Source: the human T2T-CHM13v2.0 reference genome, Homo sapiens. From it: 64,000 nt of DNA. Made by a program: the position numbers and the translations under genes. The notes beneath the pieces were generated by a model. The model did no database searches. It was not told the origin of the DNA and saw only the letters and a list, made by a program, of their open reading frames with translations. Below are positions 48,767 to 64,000 of the stretch, piece by piece; the first letter of the stretch is position 1; each line of letters starts with the position of its first letter. The stretch lies in assembly GCF_009914755.1 (NCBI RefSeq), contig NC_060939.1; one strand, given 5' to 3'.

Positions 48767-49579
48767 CTATAAGAGAAAAATGAAAGAGATCAGGCAATCA
48801 ACACACTGAAATTATGAATCAATATTAAAAGATTATTCTCATGTTCACCACTCCAAAATTACCCAAATGCCATTTTGAATTTTTAAAGGAAAGAAAATAA
48901 CATAAAAATGAGGGGAAAATATATTCATGTTATTCAGACTTTATTAAGTCTAGCATTTGCTAAATTGCACTTTCAAGAACACTATTTCCAAGGAACTCAT
49001 TCATTCAATTATCAAATATTTATTCAGAAATTAGTATTTAACAGACCCTGTAAATATTTTGCTGAAAAAAAAAAGACATGATCCCTCCAGCAGATATGAA
49101 TAGCTGTTTCCTGAAAACAGGTGGTAGCAGAGGAGTCTATGGTCAACAAGGTGGGAAAGCTACATACTAAATAGCCCTCTTGGAGATTCACAGTGTTTGT
49201 TAACATATCTAAAGCTCTATAGTTTAAAATAAAATGAAACGTATCTGTTTAATTATGTATAGCTTAGTACTTTAATCAATAATCTTACTTGATCAGAGAA
49301 TATTTTCTCTACAACATCTCAAAATATCTCAATATCTAATAAAGTACCATTTGGGAAGTATTAACTGTATCCTGTATCTTCACTTGATAGGTAAAGAACC
49401 TATATCTCAGAACTGGTAAGTGATTACAGAGGGTCACATAGTAAGTAGCAGGGCCAAAACTAGACCCTAGACTTTTAACTCACACTCCAATGGCATATTC
49501 TGCTCCATCAATGTTTCTTCAAGAAAATAAATTAAGTGCACCTAGGAAACTAACAAAAATTTTTATTCCAACATAATAC

Positions 49580-49639
49580 CTTGTATATAATTTTGTCTGC
49601 TTCATTTAATATGCATGGAGTCCAGTGTTCATTTGCAGT
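49580..49639 (-). CDS. VPS13C: VPS13C exon 10 (60 nt) TANEHWTPCILNEADKIIYK
   Basis: TAG|ACT...AAG|GTATTA; phase 0/0. Confidence 0.95.
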
Positions 49640-50936
49640 CTAAAAGAAAAAAGGGAATACCTGTGAAACGTGGTATGGATGTCATTAATAGTGCTCTAAT
49701 ACTTACATAATGTAACAAAATAATTTAGGAAGAAATGACATCTACTTAATGTTAACTAGTATTAGCTATCTATTTCTTTACATATATTTATAAGACAAAA
49801 TCAAAGAAACAATGAAAAGAGAATTGACATGATTCTAATTTGAGTTCATTCATTCAGAAAATAATTACTGGGTTAATATGTATTTGAACTGTGGAAAGAA
49901 TCGGGTATGAATGAAAACAGAGAGCCAGCCTATACACTATTGAATATGGTATACATTCTTTTTAAAAAAACAAGTAATTGTTTTGTAATAGGAAGAAAAC
50001 CAGGAGAGTATGGAAATTACAGCATGACCAAGTTTCTACAAGGACAGCATGTTCAGCAACACCAAACACTAAACTTATTTAGCAGCAAGGGCGTTATTGA
50101 GAAACTTGTTAAGAACTGTTTCAGTGGAGTAGTAGAGTGAGAGTACAGTGAGCACATAGGTAAAATGAGATCCAGATCAGAGGTGGGAGGATAACTTTAG
50201 ATTTATAAGTTAGATTGTAATTGCAAAGAAAAATAAATGGTATGGATACAAAAGAGGTAGGTTTACTATTGCTGTAGTTGTTATAATAGCCACTATAATA
50301 GCAGGAAATAATTGAGCCAGACAATGTGCCAAAAGCTTTACATAAACTATCTCATTTAATCATCACAAAAACACTAAAAGGTAGGTACTACTTCAGTGAA
50401 TGAATGTGGTTTTGACAGAAGGAGATTAACATGATAACCAGTACAATAATATTTTACAGGTCTTTGACAAAATACAATAGGAAGCATAAAAGAGGGAATG
50501 GTAAATTCTAAGAAGGAAGTGAAAAAGAATGAGAAAGAAAGGTCATATATTACTTAAGTATTAAAACTTGAGTAGAATCACCAGGCAGAAAGTAATACAG
50601 ACAACTAAAGCAGAATGAAGAGTCTGAGCAAAGATACAAAGGGACAAACAGCAGCAAACACTAAGGAAACTACCCATTCTTATGCAATAGTATACCTGTT
50701 ATCAGACAATAGGAGGTATATGACTATTTTGTATTTTTTGCATTGTCTGCTAGAAGCTCAAAGTTACTCTGCTCCCTTATGACCACTATCATTAGTCACA
50801 GTTTTCTGGAACAATTCTCTCTCTATCCTTTAGAACACAGATTCTATCCTCTTTAAAGGTGTTACTGTATACTTGTTTTTGTCGAAAGCTACCTCAAATT
50901 CATTTTGGAAACAGGCAAAGGATAAACTAGTTTCCT

Positions 50937-51624
50937 CCCATGTTGTAGGTTGCCTGTTCACTCTGATGGTAGTTTCTTTTGCTGTGCAGAAGCTCTTGAG
51001 TTTAATTAGATCCCATTTGTCAATTTTGGCTTTTGTTGCCATTGCTTTTGGTGTTTTGGACATGAAGTCCTTGCCCACGCCTATGTCCTGAATGGTAATG
51101 CCTAGGTTTTCTTCTAGGGTTTTTATGGTTTATTGCGGCACTATTCACAATAGCAAAGACTTGGAACCAACCCAAATGTCCAACAATGATAGACTGGATT
51201 AAGAAAATGTGGCACATATACACCATGGAATACTATGCAGCCATAAAAAATGATGAGTTCATGTCCTTTGTAGGGACATGGATGAAATTGGAAACCATCA
51301 TTCTCAGTAAACTATCGCAAGAACAAAAAACCAAACACCGCATATTCTCACTCATAGGTGGGAATTGAACAATGAGATCACATGGACACAGGAAGGGGAA
51401 TATCACACTCTGGGGACTGTGGTGGGGTCGGGGGAGGGGGGAGGGGGGAGGGATAGCATTGGGAGATATACCTAATGCTAGATGACACGTTAGTGGGTGG
51501 AGCGCACCAGCATGGCACATGTATACATATGTAACTAACCTGCACAATGTGCACATGTACCCTAAAACTTAGAGTATAATAAAAATAAAAAATAAAAAAA
51601 GTCCAAAAAAAAAAAAAAAAAAAA
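50937..51624 (+). mobile_element. L1HS pre-Ta, 5'-truncated, with a 5' inversion (twin priming)
   Basis: ACG diagnostic at 51487-51489 and G diagnostic at 51572 (acttagagtat); inverted ORF2 piece at 50937-51131; TSD aaactagtttcct at 50924-50936 and 51625-51637. Confidence 0.9.
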
Positions 51625-51905
51625 AAACTAGTTTCCTTCACTGCCTTTCCTTTGTTTCTTCAGCTCTCTCTTTTTCTTTATTGTTTCTGCTCTGTTCTTC
51701 AATGCGATGTGTATCTCTACTTCTCTATATGCCCACAACATTGTGAAGCCTTCCACATAACCATGTCCTTCTTTTTCTGTTTCTCTGCCAGTCTACCACC
51801 CTACCATTCTTCTTCCTCTTCTTTCCTTATTGAGGCCCTCTCCATATAAGTAGTCATAAGGCAAACTTGTCTGGTATGATATATGGTTCACTGTCCTTAA
51901 CTTTA

Positions 51906-55478
<3,573 letters not shown>

Positions 55479-55591
55479 ACTGTCCTTAACTTTAAAAGTA
55501 TCTAAGTGAACCACATCTTCCTCTCCATACATGCCCCAAAACATGTTTCCTACCACTTAGTTGCCTGTAATAGAAATAAAAATGTCCAGCC

Positions 55592-55648
55592 TATATATAT
55601 ATATACATATATATATATGTATGTGTGTATATATATACAGACACACAC
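55592..55648. repeat. (TA)n/(TG)n/(CA)n compound microsatellite
   Basis: tatatatatatatacatatatatatatgtatgtgtgtatatatatacagacacacac. Confidence 0.85.
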
Positions 55649-56121
55649 TGTCTACTGTTAAAGACCATTAAAAGAAAAACTCATTATAAAATAATCAAAA
55701 TAAATTAATTTACATATTGCCCAATGAGATGAGTGTGCGCGCACACACACACATACATAAACATATGCATATCTATAAGCTATTTAGAAATTCCATCTAC
55801 CTATACCGAAGATGAGTACATGACTCTACAGAAATTCATCTTCCCCTACTTCCCCCACATGTTTAAGATACAGCTTTTATTTCTTTCAAATCATTTGATA
55901 ATGATATTTTGATACCTGTTACACAGAAAGACAAAAATAATTTTAAAATGTAATAATAGCATCACTAAAAATGTTAAACTTCTAGAAAAGTTGTTTAGCA
56001 TGATAATATATTTAAAAAATCATAGTTCTTTGTCGCATAGTTGATTCTAGACAATTTACCCTGTGACTTCAGAATAATACTTTACAGGTTCCATAGAAGT
56101 TTAAAATAAAGCAAACATTAC

Positions 56122-56181
56122 CAGTAGACTAAGCTCTCCCAGTGTGACACCAAATGAAAGAGGCCGCTTTGGATCAGTGAC
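56122..56181 (-). CDS. VPS13C: VPS13C exon 9 (60 nt) VTDPKRPLSFGVTLGELSLL
   Basis: TAG|GTC...CTG|GTAATG; phase 0/0. Confidence 0.95.
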
Positions 56182-56569
56182 CTACCAAAGAAGAAAAGAT
56201 AACAGTAAAATATGCTGATGGTGAAGGCGAATCCATGTCCTTTACAATAGGCAGCAGAGGGAAATGTGTTTACAGGTTAAGCCATACAACCCAAATGGAT
56301 TTGTGGAAAACACAGGGGAAGGAGGTAATAACATGGCTGGGATTATCCATATTTTGTAGACATAACATTTCTATGCTACCAATAAGATCCTTTCCCAGTG
56401 GAACTCTTTTCATACTAGAAGATGACTCACTAACTATGACTAACAAGACTTCTCTCTAGACAGTTAAAAAGGAATAATCTTTTTATGTGTATAATCAAAG
56501 ATTTTTTCACAGATAAATTTTAAAAGGTGTTACAGATAACACTGCCACTAAATCATTTTAATAACACTT

Positions 56570-56948
56570 AGGGTACATAGTGGAATACTATTCAGCCATA
56601 AAAAAGGAAAACATGTTTGTTTGGGTTTTTTTGCAGCAACATGGATGGAACTGGAGGCCATTATCTTAAGTGAAACAACCCAGAAGCAGAAAAACAAACT
56701 GCACGTTCTCACTTATAAGTGGCAGCTAAATAATGAATACACGTGGTCAGTGTGTGGAATAATACACATTGGAGACTTGAAAGGGTAGGGTGGGTGAGAA
56801 GTAGGTGTAAATGATAAGAAATTTATTAATGGGTACAATGTATATTATGGGTGATGGAGACACTAAAAGTTCAGACTTCACCACTATGCAGTATATCATG
56901 TAACAACACTGCACTTGTACTCCTTAAATTTACACATTTTAAAAAAAA
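56570..56948 (+). mobile_element. L1MA-type 3' end fragment
   Basis: tggaatactattcagccataaaaaagga...gcagcaacatggatggaactggaggccattatcttaagtgaa...cagacttcaccactatgca. Confidence 0.8.
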
Positions 56949-57614
56949 GGCTTTCATACTTGGAAATATGAACTATCTCTTTAAGCCTTTAATGTTCTTA
57001 ACACTTCAAAATGCTTCTAGGAAAATCTCTAGATCCTTAATATTTAATTTCTTTAGTCTCTATATCCAAAATCTGTCAACATTAAGTTTTTGTTGTATTT
57101 CTGATCTTCAATATCTAAGTTGCAATCCACAGTGCTTAAACTATACCACAGTGTGCACAGTATCACCATTTTAGACATCTTAAAGAAAAGTCTTATAGAA
57201 TTGTTTGGTCATGGCAGAAACTAAGGGAAATAAGGAGAAGGGAAATGGATAATGTTCTAAATCATCCAACTGGGACTCCAGAGTTTAGTCACATACAATT
57301 TTCTAAATGGAAAAAAATCCATGTGGTACAGTTGAGAAGTACGAATAGCTTTGTAAGTCATTTTAATTAACATCAGATATACAATGATTTGTGGCAAAAT
57401 ATTTTCCTTTATTCCCACACTCTCTTTTTATACTTAGAGATAACCAGCTCAAAATAAACCTGCAGCTCTTTCCGAAGAAACTCATTTGTTTTATTAAAGA
57501 CAACCCTCAGTTGCTAATGTACTATCTACAAACCACAGCTATTATCCAGTGAGCATCTTTATGATAAATTATTATATTTTCTCTACACCCATTTCTTAAT
57601 ACATAATTTTGCAA

Positions 57615-58060
57615 GTGAAAGAATTTCCTTCATTTTAAAGGCTGAATAGTATTCCAATATGTATATACACATTTTATTTACCCATTCATCCACTGATGGG
57701 CAATCTTCTCTATAGTGAATAGTGCTGAAATGAACAAGGGAATGCTGACATCTCTTTGACATACTGACTTCAATTCCTTTGGATATATACAGCAGTTCCC
57801 CCTTATCCTCTGGAGATATGTTCCAAGCCCCCTAGTGGATGTCTGCAAACACAAACAGTACCAAACCCTAAATATACTAGGTTTTTTCCTATATATACAT
57901 ACGTATGATAAAGTTTAATTTTACAAATTAGAAATGGGATTGCTAGATCATACAGTAATTTGATTTTTAGATTCTGAGGAAACTCCACACTGTTTTCCAA
58001 AATGGCTGTAGTAATTTACATTCCCACCAACATTGTACCCAGGTTCACTTTTCTCGACAT
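57615..58060 (-). mobile_element. Old L1M fragment containing a MER44 (Tigger7) piece at ~57791-57931
   Basis: aaggctgaatagtattcca...gattgctagatcatacagtaat; insert cagcagttcccccttatcc...gataaagtttaatt. Confidence 0.7.
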
Positions 58061-59053
58061 AGGATTTTAATGATAATTCTTCCACTTTCATGATGCGTTG
58101 AGTATACTTTATTTTCTTAAGCTTGTTATTAACAAAGGCATTTATGAGTGAGGTTTTTTTAAGACATTTATTTGTTAACACAATTCATTTTAATGACTCC
58201 ATAAATCAAGTCAGTATAAGACAGAGGTGGTATTTTTTGACAATCTACAAATGTGTCCTGCTGACTTATCAAGTTACATAGGGAACTTACCAAGAAAAGA
58301 AAAACAAATTCTACAAATGTCAGTATTGCTTTAATTCAATTCAAATTAAAAACAAAAAGAATGCAAACTCATTTTTAGAAGCAATGAACATTTCCAGGTT
58401 CCTAGATAAACGAAAAAATTCAAGTTCTTACATGTTTCAAACTTTTAAACAAAGCAATGCATATTGTTCAAAATATGTGTTGTATGTTAATTAAAATTAG
58501 CCAGTTAAACAGTTCTTAATCAGCTGATGTTACTCTTTTGGTTATGAGTGAAGTTTGGTTTCTTCTGTGCAACTACTGTTGCACATGTGTGTGAATAATT
58601 TTGGGTGTTCAATCCAACTCAGTGGTATGTAAAGAGAATGAGACTACAGTCAAGTGACCAGATTTTAGTCACTTTTTGGCCAATTAACATTATCATTAGT
58701 TATTCATCACCTTTTAGAATTAACTCTTTTGTCAGCATAAAGCAAAAATTAGTTCCTTAAAGTTATAATATTATGTCTTAACACGTAAAATAAAATTCAA
58801 AAAAAATAACAGAAGACAATCCAAAAACCTCTTATATCAGCTTCAGAAAGGAACACATGGTAATTTTATAGTATATTTATGTACATAAATGCCCAATAAA
58901 ACGAGGCTAACACAAGAAGATATGGTAGTGTACTCATAAGAAAAAAATTAATCTCGGATTTAAAAATGGGCACAGATAATCCACATATAGAAAAGTCAAG
59001 AATATTATAAAATACATATTTAATTATTAACTGAGTAAATAAAAATTACTTAC

Positions 59054-59163
59054 ATCATCTTCATATTTAATGTGAATATCTGTGATTTTTACTTGTACAT
59101 TTTTTATTACTTGAGTTGCCAATTTTTCCACAAATGTATCCTTTTTGGCTTCTTTTGGCTTAT
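59054..59163 (-). CDS. VPS13C: VPS13C exon 8 (110 nt) (D)KPKEAKKDTFVEKLATQV...IKYEDD
   Basis: TAG|AT...GAT|GTAAGT; phase 1/0; ORF 59027..59254. Confidence 0.96.
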
Positions 59164-59422
59164 CTATTAAAAAATAGAAAAATACAAGCTCAAGAGTTGA
59201 AATTCTCATATACCTCAAAATTAATAACCAAAGGATAGCTAAGGTACTACTCAATGGAAATTACAGCCAATAGTGTCTTTATTTATATTTTAATATGCAT
59301 TTCCAACTTAAAACTTGTTTTTGAATTTATACTGTTATCTGACATTCATTTCACATTCCAAATCAGAAATAAAGTGGCAATGTGTATAAACAACACCATG
59401 GCATAAAACTACTTTTACCTAC

Positions 59423-59488
59423 CTTTTGAACGATCAAGACCTTTAAAAGGTTTCTTAAAATGTTTTTTGTGCTTTTTACGTTTACGTC
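59423..59488 (-). CDS. VPS13C: VPS13C exon 7 (66 nt, alternative) (G)RKRKKHKKHFKKPFKGLDRSK
   Basis: GAAG|GA...AAAG|GTAGGT; phase 1/1, so skipping keeps the frame; exons 6-7 are known cassette exons (recall). Confidence 0.92.
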
Positions 59489-61402
59489 CTTCACAGTGGA
59501 AGCATTTTAGTGAGAAAAGGATAAGATTCAAGTTAGCAGACTACAGGACAGAAAAGAAAACAAGAGAATTTTTCCTAACAGCAAATTTTGGCACAACTCA
59601 CCTTACCTTATTCTAAACTGACCTGTTACTTCAATATAAAGACAAATTTACAAACCTTCTTTAGTCTAGAATAACCTTCTATTGTAAAGAATAACCTTCT
59701 TTAATCTAGAAAATAAATTGGCAGGTGTAATTATACTAAAATTGGATAAAATCTCCATTCCCAATGCCATTTATAATATTAATGACTTTACAAAGTTACA
59801 CTTTAATTTCAATATTACCAAAATATTGGAAATGTAACAATGACAGAATATAAAACTTTCAGAAGAAGGTTTTGATAAACATATGGTAGGAACATAGGCA
59901 TACAAATGAAATGAAAGGGTAAGTTGCCCACAGATGACTTCCTCTGGATGATACACTTCACAAGCAAATTATTTAATGACTCAAGGATATAAAGAACATT
60001 AAGTGGGCATAACATGTACATTGGACTGTACACTGAATTCGATTAGGAATTCCTTTAAAACCTCATTCTCTTTCAACACTGCCTCACTGCATTCTGGCAT
60101 TTACCAATACCTGTCTTACTCAACTTACAAATCTTCATACTCAAATTCCTATCAGGCATCACCTCCACCCTGAACTCTTGAGGCAGTCTCTGTATTATTT
60201 ACTGATCTCTAGTCTCCAGCCTCAGCTCCTACTAAAGGTCCTTCTACCCTGTTACCAGATTGATGTCTTTTAAAATACTAATCACATCCTGTTAATCTCT
60301 TGCTCAAAATTATTTAAAGGCTCTCTGCAACCTTCCAGACATAATTAAAATGTGTTTACACAATAAAGTCCTTTTATGATGTGACCCTACATCCCTGTCC
60401 TGTTCTATCTCCTAACATGCATCCTTGCACTGGATACTACAGAAATAATATTTCTACTTTCCCAAACAAGCCATACTTTCTAATGCCTAATGCCTCTACA
60501 CATGTCATTCCGTGAACTTCCGTCACCCTCCCGGAAGTTCTTCACCAGGCGAACTCCTAGGCAGCTTTTAAATCTCAGGTCCAGCACTACTGCCTGTGTG
60601 AAGCCTTCTTAAACTACTCCAAGTAGCCCCAGGGCCTGTACCTTACACAGAATTGCATTAAACAGTGATTATACCATATTTGAAGTGTTTGCTCAATTGT
60701 CTTGCCATCAGGCAGGAGACTTCATTAGGTCAGAGATAATCCTACACCTGGGCACAAAGCACACAGTACTTATCTGTTCAAATGAATAAAAAAAATTCAG
60801 ATCCAACTAAATTCATGTTATATATATTTTAGAGAATATATGTGAAATTGAGCTTGAAATTTTTAATTTGTTCTTCCTTGATTTTTAAAAGCAAATTGTT
60901 CTGCCACTACAAAAATTAAGAAACAAATCCTCAACTACAAAAATAAAACCCTCAGTTTCAAGAAGTAAACATTTAATAAGTAATGTAACACAATCAGGAT
61001 AGTGCTATTCCAGTAGTTCTTGCCACTGTGAAAGTCACTGACTCTGTTCTATTCATAAATCAAACATACATAAAAAGAATGAGTTCTCAAAGAAATACCA
61101 TTTGAAAAGAAACAAGTAAGAAAGCCAGTCTAGCCCTGAAAACCATTCCACTTGGCTAGAACAGCTTTCAAAGACATAGACTCAGCTGCCTCGTGTTAAA
61201 TTCTCTTCTTACCTGACCAATTATCTTTCTGGTTTCATATTTGTTCTAGCACCATGTTCTGTCTTTCATCTCAATGGCAGATACACCATGTTTAAACCTC
61301 TCTAAACAGTTTAAATCTAATCTTAGAGCTAATATAGCTCTTTAGAGAAAGTTTCTAATTAATCCAATAAATAATAAATTTATGATTCTCAATCACAAAC
61401 TA

Positions 61403-63024
<1,622 letters not shown>

Positions 63025-64000
63025 CTTTAGAATAAAAAAAAGTAATATCAAATGAGGAAATAATATGCACTCAGAAACGGAAAAGAGGAAATGATCATGA
63101 AACACACGTTAAGTCCTAGCCAGCTGAATGAAGATATCATCAACAAAATAAACTACTCTCATTTCAGAAGCACCAACATTCTGGACCTCATTTTTTTATC
63201 TACGTTAATATACCTTTAAAAAAAAACTGAATCAATGATGTTTTCTTTTACGGTGACAGCTGTTATAGTCTGCTGTTTTTAACAATGCTACCCAGACTAC
63301 AGTAAGCTGGTTTGATTATAACCTACAAAACCAGACAGTGAGCCATGAGTATCTCCATGCTATCTTTGATATTAAACAAAGTAACTATAAGACAACACAG
63401 GCACACTTACGGAAGGAGTAGGTTTATTAGAACGGAAACTGCTTTCAGGGTAATTTCACCTAATGCTGTAAAGCCTGTCATGAAAATTCCACTTCCATCT
63501 GTCACATGAATCAACCTATTAAAGTTCCTAGCTACAGAAATAATTCTAACATGATGCTTATTGTTTACAAATTTCAAGATACAGACCCACTTGCCATTTA
63601 ATCAAAACAAATTTAAATGTGACTGAGTTCATCTAACAAGCTCTTGAAGTATGATATAAAACATAAAGTTTAACAAATAAGATTATGTAAAATACTAAAA
63701 AGTATTATTTTAATATATTTGGTAGATTTCCTAGTATATAAAAGAATCATATCATAAATCCTAATATAAACAGTAAGACTTTAATTTGCCTTTTGCGAAG
63801 CTTGAAATTTCAATATGCTGTACAGGACAGTAGTCTAGAGGCACCTCCAGAGCTACAACAGAGGTGAAACAAATCAAAGCTCAGAGGAACACCTCCTGTC
63901 ACGGTTCTGAATTCAAAGAAAAATTCCACTTTATTGCTTTTTACGTTCCAAAACCACCGCTATCAGAGAGGAACTGCTTAATTCAGAAACTACTGAACTC

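Noticed and set aside
63411-63474. Possible cryptic exon ending at a GTAAGT donor (63405-63410, minus strand)
   Set aside because: Weak acceptors, no match to VPS13C protein, and such motifs are frequent by chance.
63983-64000. Window end (...actgaactc) might abut the exon 6 donor (GT-GAGTTC on minus)
   Set aside because: The GT and the exon lie outside the window, so this cannot be supported from the sequence shown.

Overview
Human genomic DNA, identified by primate Alu/L1PA repeats plus human-specific L1HS pre-Ta and AluYa5 elements. The whole window lies inside the minus-strand VPS13C gene, a bridge-like lipid-transfer protein (PARK23). I traced 25 consecutive GT-AG coding exons: 2766 nt, 922 codons in one open frame, about aa 150-1072. 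They are numbered here as exons 7-31 from my recall of the long isoform. They encode part of the N-terminal chorein region, the following repeating-beta-groove region and the FFAT motif (EYFDAED). The introns contain many Alus, four young L1s, a full-length HSMAR2 mariner, Charlie1, Tigger/MER elements, MaLR LTRs, L2 and MIR. Almost all ORFs in the supplied track are repeat-derived or spurious. The most interesting structure is the L1 arrangement around exons 10-15 (606 nt, phase 0/0). (i) Two direct-repeat L1s of different subfamilies share non-consensus variants and a ~342-bp identical tract, suggesting gene conversion and an NAHR substrate. (ii) A human-specific twin-primed L1HS makes inverted repeats both across this exon block and locally, so it could control a stop-less circRNA. 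A 29-bp strand-specific hairpin next to the exon 25 acceptor and several unusual splice sites are also flagged. All comparisons were made by eye; subfamily calls need RepeatMasker/Dfam confirmation.
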